From contig NIVC01000246.1 in assembly GCA_002269645.1 (NCBI GenBank), positions 68,769 to 132,768 of the forward strand: a DNA stretch of 64,000 nt. Direction: 5' to 3'. A program made the position numbers and the translations under genes. Of the stretch, positions 21,301 through 37,038 are shown piece after piece. Below the pieces are notes generated by a model. The model did not search any database. It was not told where the DNA came from and worked only from the letters and a program-made list of their open reading frames with translations. Positions within the stretch are counted from its first letter, which is position 1. Every line of letters starts with the position of its first letter. Source of the DNA: Macrostomum lignano. Lineage: Eukaryota.

Positions 21301-24300
21301 GTCGAAGAACACAGCCAAAAGCCAAAAATGGCTTTGCGTAAGCATCGGGACCAGAATTTTCTTCACTGTCTAAAATTTTTTATAATTAATTCTTCAATAG
21401 GCCTCTTGCGTAATGTACATGGCAAAATGACAACGAATGTACATAAAGAAAAACTGCCTCCTGTACAGTGTTAATATTGCTGATAGATCTGCCTAAAGTA
21501 AAGTGCTTCAGATCGGAAGAAGGCAAATACAAGTATAACGTACATTCCATGCCGGTGTCCAAATGCAAGTTAGATATGAGCATGCCTTCAGGCAACCGTT
21601 GCTAGGGAATATCTCAGCTTGTGAAGCGTCTTTGTGTGTGTCTGAGGTGTCTTTTTAAAGCAGAGACATGCGTAAAACAGCTGTGCAAATTTCATGCAGA
21701 AAGACCAAAGTGGGACGATGTAGCGGCTTCTCAAAAAACTACTATATACAGTATTCGGTATATTGGGAAACGTCGTAACAACAGTTGTTAGGGAATATCT
21801 CAGCTTGTGAAGCGTCTTTGTGTGTGTCTGAGGTGTCTTTTTAAAGCATAGACATGCGTAAAACAGCTGTGCAAATTTCATGCAGAAAGACCAAAGTGGG
21901 ACGATGTAGCGGCTTCTCAAAAAACTACTATATACAGTATTCGGTATATTGGGAAACGTCATAACAACAGTTGCTAGGGAATATCTCAGCTTGTGAAGCG
22001 TCTTTGTGTGTGTCTGAGGTGTCTTTTTAAAGCATAGACATGCGTAAAACAGCTGTGCAAATTTCATGCAGAAAGACCAAAGTGGGACGATGTAGCGGCT
22101 TCTCAAAAAACTACTATATACAGTATTCGGTATATTGGGAAACGTCGTAACAACAGTTGTTAGGGAATATCTCAGCTTGTGAAGCGTCTTTGTGTGTGTC
22201 TGAGGTGTCTTTTTAAAGCAGAGACATGCGTAAAAGTTTCTATAAATTCACAGTATCTTGCGTAATAAATAGACAATTTTGTTAAACATTTAATGAACGA
22301 TTTCTGAATGTCTGTCTGAATGTCTGTCGGGAAACCAATACATATCACATAGTATAAAATAATAGTTATTGAGTGTTTTTAGCATTCACAGTCACACTCA
22401 CAAAAGGCAAACCCTGTGTCAACCAATATGCTCTGATCTCTATAATTTTCCCCGACCCTAGTCACCCTATTAACCCCATTTGTATAAAGATTTAATATAG
22501 CATATAACAGCTTCCATTGACTTGCCCAGGCGACATCGGCAACTACTACTATGGCCAGGGCCACCCCATGAAGCCGCACCGCATCAGGATGACGCACAAC
22601 CTGCTGCTCAACTATGGCCTGTACCGCAAGATGGAGATCTACCGGCCGCACAAGGCCACAGCCGAAGAGATGACGCGTTTCCATAGCGACGACTACATCA
22701 AGTTCCTGCGCTCCATCCGGCCGGACAACATGCACGAGTTCAACAAGCAGATGCAGCGTTTCAACGTCGGCGAGGACTGCCCCGTGTTCGACGGCCTGTA
22801 CGAGTTCTGCCAGCTCAGCACGGGCGGCTCCATCGCCGGCGCCGTCAAGCTGAACAAGGGCGCCACCGACATTGCCATCAACTGGGGCGGCGGCCTTCAC
22901 CACGCCAAGAAGTCCGAGGCGTCCGGCTTCTGCTACGTCAACGACATCGTGCTGGCCATCCTGGAGCTGCTCAAGTACCACCAGCGGGTTCTGTACGTCG
23001 ACATCGACATCCACCACGGAGACGGCGTCGAGGAGGCCTTCTACACCACCGACCGCGTCATGACCGTCTCGTTTCACAAGTACGGCGAGTACTTTCCCGG
23101 CACCGGCGACCTCAAGGACATCGGGGCCGGCCGGGGCAAGCACTACGCTGTGAACTTTCCGCTGAGGGACGGCATTGACGATGAGGCATTTGAGCAGATC
23201 TTTGCCCCCGTCATCACCAAGGTCATGGAGCACTACAGGCCCTCCGCCACCGTTCTGCAGTGCGGTGCCGACTCTCTGGCTGGGGACCGCCTTGGCTGCT
23301 TCAACCTGTCGCTGAAGGGCCACGGCCGCTGCGTCCAGTTCATGAAGAAGTTCGACACCCCCCTGCTGTTGCTGGGTGGCGGCGGCTACACCATCAGGTG
23401 AGCTGGTTGCCTCATCTGGGATGCTGGGTGCCTCATCTGGGATGCTGGAGCCTCATCTGGGATGCTGGGGGGGGGCTTATCTAGGATTCTGGGTGCTTAT
23501 TTAGGATTCTGGGTGCTTCATCTGCTATTCTGCATCCTTAATCTGGGATTCTGGGTGTTTCATGAGGGTGCCTCATCTGGGAATCTGGAATGCTTCTTGA
23601 TGATTAATATGGGACGCTGGTTGCCGTGACCAGCTGATCCCAAAATTGCCCCCAATTCCTAGAAACGTCACCAGCTAATCCCAAAATCTTCCCCAATTCC
23701 TAGAAACGTGACCAGCTGATTCCAAAATCTTCCCCAATTCCTAGAAACGTGACCAGCTGATCCCAAAATCCCTCCAATTCTTAGAAACGTCACCAGCTGA
23801 TCCCCAAATCGCCCCCAATTCCTAGAAACGTGACCAGCTGATCCCAAAATCCCTCCAATTCTTAGAAACGTGACTAGCTGATCCCCAAATCGCCCCCAAT
23901 TCCTAGAAACGTGACCAGCTGATTCCAAAATCTTCCCCAATTTCTAGAAACGTGACCAGCTGATCCCAAAATCGCCCCCAATTCCTAGAAACGTGACCAG
24001 CTGATCCCAAAATCGCCCCCAATTCCTAGAAACGTGACCAGCTGATCCCAAAATCATTCCCAATTCCTAGAAACGTGGCCCGCTGCTGGACCTACGAGAC
24101 GGCCATCGCCCTGGGCCAGGAGATTCCAAACGAGCTGCCCTACAATGACTACTTTGAGTACTTCGGGCCGGACTTCAAGCTGCACATTCAGCCGTCGAAC
24201 ATGTCCAACCAGAACACGCCCGAGTACCTGGAGAAGATCAAAACTCGGCTGCTGGAGAATCTGCGAATGCTGCCGAACTCGCCTGGGGTGCAGATGCAGG

Positions 24301-25032
24301 GTGCGTGTCTGGCGCTGCCTGCGGTTCTTTGCTAATGGCTTTTTAATTTGGGATGGGGGTGCATAAAGAAGATAAACTCTTGATTTGATATACACTGTGA
24401 ATTAAGTAGAATCCCCTGCCATAAAATCCCAGCCATTGGAATCTCCATCAGTAGAATTCCATATGGGGTTATAGTGAAAGGAATGCCAGCTATCCCTGTG
24501 GTTGATTTCTCCTGTTTTTACTTTAGAGTTGCATATTGCTACTAACGAGTAGCAAGTATGAGATTTGTTGCACTAAAATCCTATTGATATTTTAAATTTT
24601 ACTTTGAATAATTTCATATTGCTACTAATAAGTAGCAAGTTGAGCATTTGCAATCAGTAGTTTCCATTCCCCAACGCCGCCAGACATCCCGAAGACGGCA
24701 TGGCGGTTGACGAGGACGTCGCCCAGGAGGAGGCGGAGCAGGACCGCGGCAAGCGGGACGAGCAGCGGGTGAGCATCCGCTCCTCAGACAAGCGCGTCTC
24801 CGGCGACAACGAGCTCAGCGACAGCGAAGACGAGGCCGGCGACGGCAGGCGCGACTCGAGGTCGCACAAGCGGCAGAAGCGGGACAGCCGGGGCGAGACG
24901 GCCGCCGCCTCTGCCGCTGGCAAGGCCTCCGAGAACGGAGACGGCACAGCGGCCAAGACCGACACCGGGGCCGCCATCGCCACCGCCGCCGCGGCAGACA
25001 GCAAAACGGAAGGCGAAGCCAATGCTGATTAA
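18301..25032 (+). CDS. HDAC1/2: Class I histone deacetylase HDAC1/2 (RPD3) orthologue, 4 exons
   Basis: Exons 18301-18352 ([18 protein letters not shown]), 22530-23397, 24071-24300, 24684-25032, all GT-AG. Motifs [32 protein letters not shown] and C-terminal SDSEDE. CDS totals 1499 nt; one extra C at 24688-24690 gives VQMQDIPED. Confidence 0.96.
20361..20749 (+). pseudogene. 3' fragment of a spliced ORF inside the MULE core (34-nt and 31-nt introns)
   Basis: Removing 20455-20488 and 20536-20566 (both GT..AG) gives an open frame ..[21 protein letters not shown]; 5' start not found. Confidence 0.45.
20954..21369 (-). pseudogene. Ulp1/C48 SUMO-protease catalytic core carried by the MULE (5'-truncated)
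   Basis: Exon 21369-21218 ([30 protein letters not shown]) joins in phase 2 across an 83-nt GT-AG intron (21217-21135) to 21134-20954 ([12 protein letters not shown]), giving His-Asp-Gln-Cys in C48 order. Confidence 0.75.
23400..23600. repeat. Degenerate 20-bp repeat (GGGTGCCTCATCTGGGATGCT-like) after the HDAC exon 2 donor
   Basis: Starts about 10 nt after the GT at 23398. Confidence 0.7.
23627..24080 (+). repeat. 41-bp minisatellite containing the exon 3 acceptor junction
   Basis: Unit GTGACCAGCTGATCCCAAAATCGCCCCCAATTCCTAGAAAC, about 11 copies; the last copy runs into HDAC exon 3. Confidence 0.92.
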
Positions 25033-25449
25033 TGGTATAACTGATATACGAGCTAATCTAGATGAAGAAATAGCGTCAGCTGTTTAAATAGCTAGTAAAC
25101 TAATTTTTTAAAATTTATCATTGAAAAAGTTATCAAAGACAAACTAGCTTCAAATGTTTTTAAGTGGGGTTATAATTTTTTTTAAATAACAGTTTTTATT
25201 GCTTAATAGCACAGATACTGGAATTGCTAGATATGTCGCTCGCAATTAAAGTTTTTAAAAAAGCATAGCGTCTACTCTTTTATAAGTAGTTGTCTGCGCA
25301 TTGTTACCAATATTTAATGTGTCAGCTAAAATTTCCTTTCCTTTCTCAGGGTTTGCGGCCTCAGGAGCATATGGGTTTAAGAAAGAACAAGCAGTTAACT
25401 CGATGTGCACAAGTGAACGCAAGATAGATTAAACTCAGCTTAGGAGGCG

Positions 25450-25645
25450 GAGGCCCAATCTGGCTCAGTCAATGAGAGAGCAGTAAGGAGAGAGATCAAA
25501 GCATGAAACTCGACCTTGGGGCCAGGCGCAATCTGGCTCAGCCAATGAGAGAGCAGTAAGGAGAGAGATCAAAGGACGAAACTCGGCCTTGGGGCCAGGC
25601 CCAATCTGGCTCAGCCAATGAGAGCGCAGTAAGGAGAGAGGTCAA
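25450..25645. repeat. 73-bp tandem repeat, about 2.7 copies
   Basis: CAATCTGGCTCAG recurs at 25456, 25529 and 25602. Confidence 0.8.
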
Positions 25646-26144
25646 AGTCAGACACACACGGGCAAGAGGAAAGCTAAACTGTTTATCGGCCTGGCTCGTG
25701 GCTGGGACCTAGGGTGACCTTTTTCTCTCTTGCTCGCTATGCACACGCACTGGATTTGGTTTTTCAAGTTATTCTGCAATCTTCAGTACTAAGTACTTAA
25801 TTTCGAGCCCTGAGGCAGTCTGGAGTCGGTAAAACAGGATGAAGATGTTAATTTAATAGGTCTTCTACAGCGATTGCTGCAGTTTTAAGAACTTTAAAAA
25901 ATATTGTAAAATCTAACTAGTTACTTGTAGTTAAGTGTCCGTCTGGCTTTTTAAATGTCTAATGTATAATGCAATTCGTTGTTTTTAAATTATTTCTTCG
26001 TATTAGTTAAATAATAATCCTGCAGTGCAATGACTGCAACTTGCTAAACCAAAAACTGCACCAGTGTTTTTCTATCTTGTTTTAGTACTTTTAATCGGGG
26101 AAATCAGCCTTGATTTGCCTGGATAATATTAAATGATACCGAAT

Positions 26145-27700
26145 GACCTACTGAGGCTAGCTCTATGACCCACGGAGGATAGCTCTATTACCCACGGAGG
26201 ATAGCTCTATGACCCACGGAGGATAGCTCTATGACCCACGGAGGATAGCTCTATGACCCACGGGGGATAGCTCTATGACCTAATGAGGCTAGCTCTATGA
26301 CCCACGGAGGATAGCTCTATGACCTACGGAGGATAGCTCTATGACCCACGGAGGATAGCTCTATGACCCACGGAGGATAGCTCTATGACCCACGGAGGAT
26401 AGCTCTATGACCCACGGAGGATAGCTCTATGACCCACGGAGGATAGCTCTATGACCCACGGAAGATAGCTCTATGACCCACGGAGGATAGCTCTATGACC
26501 CACGGAAGATAGCTCTATGACCTACTGAGGCTAGCTCTATGACCCACGGAGGATAGCTCTATGACCCACGGAGGATAGCTCTATGACCCAAGGAAGATAG
26601 CTCTATGACCCACGGAGGATAGCTCTATGACCCACGGAGGATAGCTCTATGACCCACGGAGGATAGCTCTATGACCTACGGAGGATAGCTCTATGACCCA
26701 CGGAGGATAGCTCTATGACCCACGGAGGATAGCTCTATGACCTACGGAGGATAGCTCTATGACCTACGGAGGATAGCTCTATGACCCACGGAGGATAGCT
26801 CTATGACCCACGGAGGATAGCTCTATGACCCACGGAGGATAGCTCTATGACCCACGGAGGATAGCTCTATGACCCACGGAAGATAGCTCTATGACCCACG
26901 GAGGATAGCTCTATGACCCACGGAAGATAGCTCTATGACCTACTGAGGCTAGCTCTATGACCCACGGAGGATAGCTCTATGACCCACGGAGGATAGCTCT
27001 ATGACCCAAGGAAGATAGCTCTATGACCCACGGAGGATAGCTCTATGACCCACGGAGGATAGCTCTATGACCCACGGAGGATAGCTCTATGACCTACGGA
27101 GGATAGCTCTATGACCCACGGAGGATAGCTCTATGACCCACGGAGGATAGCTCTATGACCCACGGAGGATAGCTCTATGACCTACGGAGGATAGCTCTAT
27201 GACCCACGGAGGATAGCTCTATGACCCACGGAGGATAGCTCTATGACCCACGGAGGATAGCTCTATGACCCACGGAGGATAGCTCTATGACCCACGGAAG
27301 ATAGCTCTATGACCCACGGAGGATAGCTCTATGACCTACTGAGGCTAGCTCTATGACCCACGGAGGATAGCTCTATGACCCACGGAGGATAGCTCTATGA
27401 CCCACGGAAGATAGCTCTATGACCCACGGAGGATAGCTCTATGACCCACGGAGGATAGCTCTATGACCTACGGAGGATAGCTCTATGACCCACGGAGGAT
27501 AGCTCTATGACCCACGGAGGATAGCTCTAAGACCCACGGAGGATAGCTCTATGACCCACGGAGGATAGCTCTATGACCCACGGAGGATAGCTCTATGACC
27601 CACGGAGGATAGCTCTATGACCCACGGAGGATAGCTCTATGACCCACGGAGGATAGCTCTATGACCCACGGAGAATAGCTTTATGACCAACTGAGGATAG
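26145..27700. repeat. 22-bp minisatellite (CTCTATGACCCACGGAGGATAG), about 70 copies
   Basis: Tandem array with recurring variant units. Confidence 0.95.
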
Positions 27701-28211
27701 CAGAATGGACTGTGGACTGGGTGTCTGTTAGGCTATGGCTTTAATTGCAAGCTGTGACGCTTGGAAATCAGGCAGGTTGCGGCTCAGATGAAGCAGCAGT
27801 TTGTACTCCTGTTGGAACGGCAAATCTGTCACTCATCAGCAGGTACCTGGTCACCTACGTGGTTTTCTCTGTACATCGTGGTGAAAGTAACGGAGGGAAA
27901 AATGACACAGAATACTTTGAGTTATAGCAAATTTCCAAGTTTAAAAAATTTCCCGGGAAACTCAACAGTCAGTGTGTTGTATTGTACTTTATTCATCCGA
28001 TGCATAACATTTTCACGGTCAGTTGTTGAAATAACAAATATTACCGGGTGTATATACATTTACGCATATAAGATAAATAGAAAATTCTTTAAAGGAAAAC
28101 AAATGTATGGTCATATGCGAATATACTATAGCAGAAACTTATAAGCTTGGTCGAATAGTTCGGAATGCATCATGTTTAAACATGTGCAAATAAATAATTT
28201 GAGCTCTAGCG

Positions 28212-32939
<4,728 letters not shown>

Positions 32940-33119
32940 ATCAGATTTGAGTCCCGGATATCAAGATAGAATTTCAGATTTCCCAACTACGAGTAGAATA
33001 GCAAATTCCCGACAGAGCTATATATTAGACTCCCGCCTGCACCGACCCGCCTATCCCCTGTTCTTTTCTCACAAATCCCCCCACCCCACTGCCTCCCTCC
33101 CGTCAAGAGCTGTCGGTCG

Positions 33120-33133
33120 GTTGTCATGGCAAC
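33120..33133. promoter_or_regulatory. RFX X-box-like motif GTTGTCATGGCAAC
   Basis: 14-bp consensus-type X-box about 180 nt upstream of the CAP-gene ATG. Confidence 0.5.
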
Positions 33134-34029
33134 AAAAATGCACACACACAGAGAGCCTTAGTCCAGTCTATAGTTGAACAGTTGGGACAGACGGAGCGTC
33201 TCGGGGAAATTCTCGCCAAGCCGTGGACTACTAGATGAAGCATCTGGAACTGGAAACTGACTGGGAGGCGGGGCTCGACCATATGGACAAAGTAGATTTC
33301 ATCGTAGACTGTAATCTTAAATCTTGTAGATTGAACTTAAAAGTGTTTTTCACCGAAAATTTTACACTTAACTATAATTCGTAACTTAGAATCAGTGTTG
33401 TCAGCGCTCATTTTAGCGTCGCAGATACTCATTTTTGGCGCCGCAGGCGCTATATTTTGTCACCCTTGAAGCAAAATTATTGATTTCCATAACAGGTCAC
33501 AAGATAGGGTGGGGCGGGGGACAAAGCATTGACATTATTAGAGACTGGTTAGTACGCTCGTAGTAGACTACTGCTGTACATATTAAAAGTTCAATCTAAA
33601 TAGAAGCCAGCCAAGCTTCCAATCCAGATGCGCTGTCCAGTAATCCATGGTCAGCCAACCCCCTCCACAATGGGAGGCGAAGCAAACAAACTGCTGGCTT
33701 GGTTTTAGCCAAGAGCTATAGCAGGGGAAGGGAGGGGCGAGGAGAACGAATCAAGCGCCGCTGTCACACCGTGTCTGTACTGGGGTTGCCGCAGGGCTGC
33801 CGGTCTGTCAATTCTGCAGCTGCTGACGAGTTGATGAAGCCACGCTGACGGACAAGTGGTCCACGAGAGGTAGCTAAGCACTCACACCTGACTCTTAATT
33901 AGTTAATTAGCGGCTTGCCTGTTTCAGCTTGGGTTCTGTCTGCAGTCTTTTGCTAACTTCTAGCAAGACTTCATTTTTTAACCGCAGCAATTTCATTCAC
34001 CAACTTGCAACAGTTGATGACTCTTTAGC

Positions 34030-34770
34030 GGTCACTCACTCTGATCAGCTGCATTCACCAATCACTCACTCACTCTGATCAGCTGCATTCACCAATCACT
34101 CACTCTGATCAGCTGCATTCACCAATCACTCACTCTGATCAGCTGCATTCACTAATCACTCACTCACTCTGATCAGCTGCATTCACCAATCACTCACTCA
34201 CTCTGATCAGCCGCATTCACCAATCACTCACTCACTCTGATCAGCCGCATTCACCAATCACTCACTCTGATCAGCTGCATTCACCAATCACTCACTCACT
34301 CTGATCAGCTGCATTCCATAATCACTCACTCACTCTGATCAGCCGCATTCACCAATCACTCACTCTGATCAGCTGCATTCACCAATCACTCACTCACTCT
34401 GATCAGCTGCATTCACCAATCACTCACTCACTCTGATCAGCTGCATTCACCAATCACTCACTCTGATCAGCTGCATTCACCAATCACTCACTCACTCTGA
34501 TCAGCCGCATTCACCAATCACTCACTCTGATCAGCCACATTCACCAATCACTCACTCTGATCAGCCGCATTCACCAATCACTTCACTCTGATCAGCCGCA
34601 TTCACCAATCAATCACTCTGATCAGCCGCATTCACCAATCACTCACTCTGATCAGCCGCATTCACCAATCACTTCACTCTGATCAGCCGCATTCACCAAT
34701 CAATCACTCTGATCAGCCGCATTCACCAATCACTCACTCACTTTAATCTGATCAGTCACATTCACCAATG
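34030..34770. repeat. 25-29-bp repeat (CTCACTCTGATCAGCTGCATTCACCAATCA)
   Basis: Tandem array with variable ACTC copy number. Confidence 0.92.
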
Positions 34771-35499
34771 ACACACTATAGTTACTCAACCGCTTAACAA
34801 AAAGCGAAAACAAAGACACGAGACTTATTTGACTGATAGAAGACAGTATAAAATAAAAGTAAAGCTGAAGTTACACAGCATACATTATATTATTTAGATT
34901 AGTCGCAAATCAGGAACGACTATTAACATGACTGAGCTATTATATATAATAGATGGCAGATTAGTTAATATTGGCAGAGCCTGACATAGCAAACCGTATC
35001 ACATACAAGCATAGCGAATGTAAAAGCAATCGCAGTTAAAGAAATTTACATATTTATTAAGCCGTCCACCAAGAACTAAAATACTGCATATCAAAATAAC
35101 CTGTCTATGAAGCAAGAGGAGGAGGTTATGAAAAGAGTCTGTATGCACGCAAGCTAGCAGGACTAGCAGGTAGGCTTAGAAAAAATAGCTTGATTTCAAG
35201 GCCAAGCTATAAGTTTGCTCTACAGTACCTTGAGCAATAAAGTTTTGCCCCAAAATCAAATAGAATTGGTAATGCAAGCGATACTAAAAAAATAGCATTA
35301 GCATCCACTCTATAATTTCGCAGTTGAATTTTACAAGTTATTAGTGAAAAAATTGAGGTCAAGTTAGCACAATTAACAGATTAGGAAGAAAGCAGATAAT
35401 CGGCACCAATCAGAAGATAATGATGCATAACAGTGATAATTCTGTACTACTACTGCGGCTCATAGCGTACAGAAAGACCTGCACAGGTCGAAATCAGAA

Positions 35500-36385
35500 G
35501 CTGGCGCCACCGACACACATAACGGCACAATTGACTCATACCGGCACAGCCGACACTTACACCCGCGCCACCGACACTCATACCGGAACTACCGACACTC
35601 ATACCAGCGCAACCGACACTTATACCCGCGCCACCGACACTCATACCGGAACTACCGACACTCATACCAGCGCAACCGACACTCACACCCACGCCACCGA
35701 CACTCATACCGGAGCCGCCGACACTCATACCGGAACTACCGACACTTATACCGGAGCCGCCGACAGTCATACCGGAGCCACCGACACTTATACCGGCGCT
35801 AATGACACTCATACCGGAGCCACCGACACTCATACCGGCGCTAATGACACTCATACCGGAGCCACCGACACTTATACCGGCGCTAATGACACTCATACCG
35901 GAGCCACCGACACTTATACCGGTGCTAATGACACTCATACCGGAGCCACCGACACTCATACCGGCGCTAATGACACTCATACCGGAGCCACCGACACTCA
36001 TACCGGAGCCACCGACACTCATACCGGAGCCGCCGACAGTCATACCGGAGCCACCGACACTTATACCGGCGCTAATGACACTCATACCGGAGCCACCGAC
36101 ACTTATACCGGCGCTACTGACACTCATACCGGAGCCACCGACACTCATACCGGAGCCACCGACACTTATACCGGAGCCGCTGACACTCATACCGGAACCA
36201 CCGACACTCATACCGGAGCCACCGACACTTATACCGGCGCTACTGACACTCATACCGGAGCCACCGACACTTATACCGGCGCTACTGACACTCATACCGG
36301 CGCCACCGACACTTACACCGGCGCCACCGACAGTCACGGGCGCCACCGGCGCCACCGACAGTCACCGGCGCCACCGACACTCGCG
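35500..36385. repeat. 21-bp repeat (CCACCGACACTCATACCGGAG)
   Basis: Tandem array; explains the GATDTHT ORF. Confidence 0.92.
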
Positions 36386-36656
36386 CCCCTATACAAGTAC
36401 AAAAAGTTTTACCTCAAACATCTAGTTAATAATTAATAGTCAATCAAGCCGAGGTCTAATGTACTGCAATTCAATAAACAGTATAATGCCGAAAAATTAA
36501 GCGCAATGCATTGCACGTAAATATGAAGCTAACAGAAGTATAGTGAATCCGCCATGCAGTACAATATAGTATTGTTTTGGAGTTCCTGACTTGCGATAAC
36601 AAGAGGTAGCGACTCGTAGGAATGTCGACTACGGCTTTGAAAGAATTGGATGGACT

Positions 36657-36992
36657 AGCGGCACTGAAGGAATGGGGGTTGCGGCACTGAAGGAATGGGG
36701 GTTGCGGCACTGAAGGAATGGGGGTTGCGGCACTGAAGGAATGGGGGTTGCGGCACTGAAGGAATGGGGGTTGCGGCACTGAAGGAATGGGGGTTGCGGC
36801 ACTGAAGGAATGGGGGTTGCGGCACTGAAGGAATGGGGGTTGCGGCACTGAAGGAATGGGGGTTGCGGCACTGAAGGAATGGGGGTTGCGGCACTGAAGG
36901 AATGGGGGTTGCGGCACTGAAAGAATGGGGGTTGCGGCACTGAAGGAATGGGGGTTGCGGCACTGAAGGAATGGGGGTTGCGGCACTGAAGG
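36657..36992. repeat. 23-bp repeat (GCGGCACTGAAGGAATGGGGGTT)
   Basis: Tandem array about 50 nt 3' of the ENT stop. Confidence 0.93.
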
Positions 36993-37038
36993 AAAGATAA
37001 CTCAGAACACGCCACAGGACACAGCCACAGTACTCCAG

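Larger units (their letters stand above)
19299..22343. mobile_element. Mutator-like (MULE) foldback element in HDAC intron 1: 9-bp TSD, long TIRs with 186-bp tandem arrays
   Basis: TSD ATCACATAG at 19290-19298 and 22344-22352; termini ATGTATTGGTTTCCCGAC / GTCGGGAAACCAATACAT; about 112-bp outer TIR, then about 4.5 (left) and 3.4 (right) inverted copies of a 186-bp unit; 1.35-kb unique core. Confidence 0.88.

Noticed and set aside
19536-22106. [12 protein letters not shown] 62-aa repeat ORFs
   Set aside because: Translations of the 186-bp TIR unit; no recognisable motif, TTG starts only.
22379-23323. 314-aa antisense ORF over HDAC exon 2, and similar antisense ORFs over H4, ENT and Gypsy
   Set aside because: Shadow ORFs expected from GC-rich codon usage.
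25330-25450. Strong acceptor (CTTTCCTTTCTCAG) after the HDAC stop as an alternative last exon
   Set aside because: No convincing donor before the stop and no coding signal after it.
35420-36436. 338-aa GATDTHT-repeat ORF resembling an antifreeze or ice-binding protein
   Set aside because: A 21-bp minisatellite open in several frames on both strands; no signal peptide, credible start or splice context.
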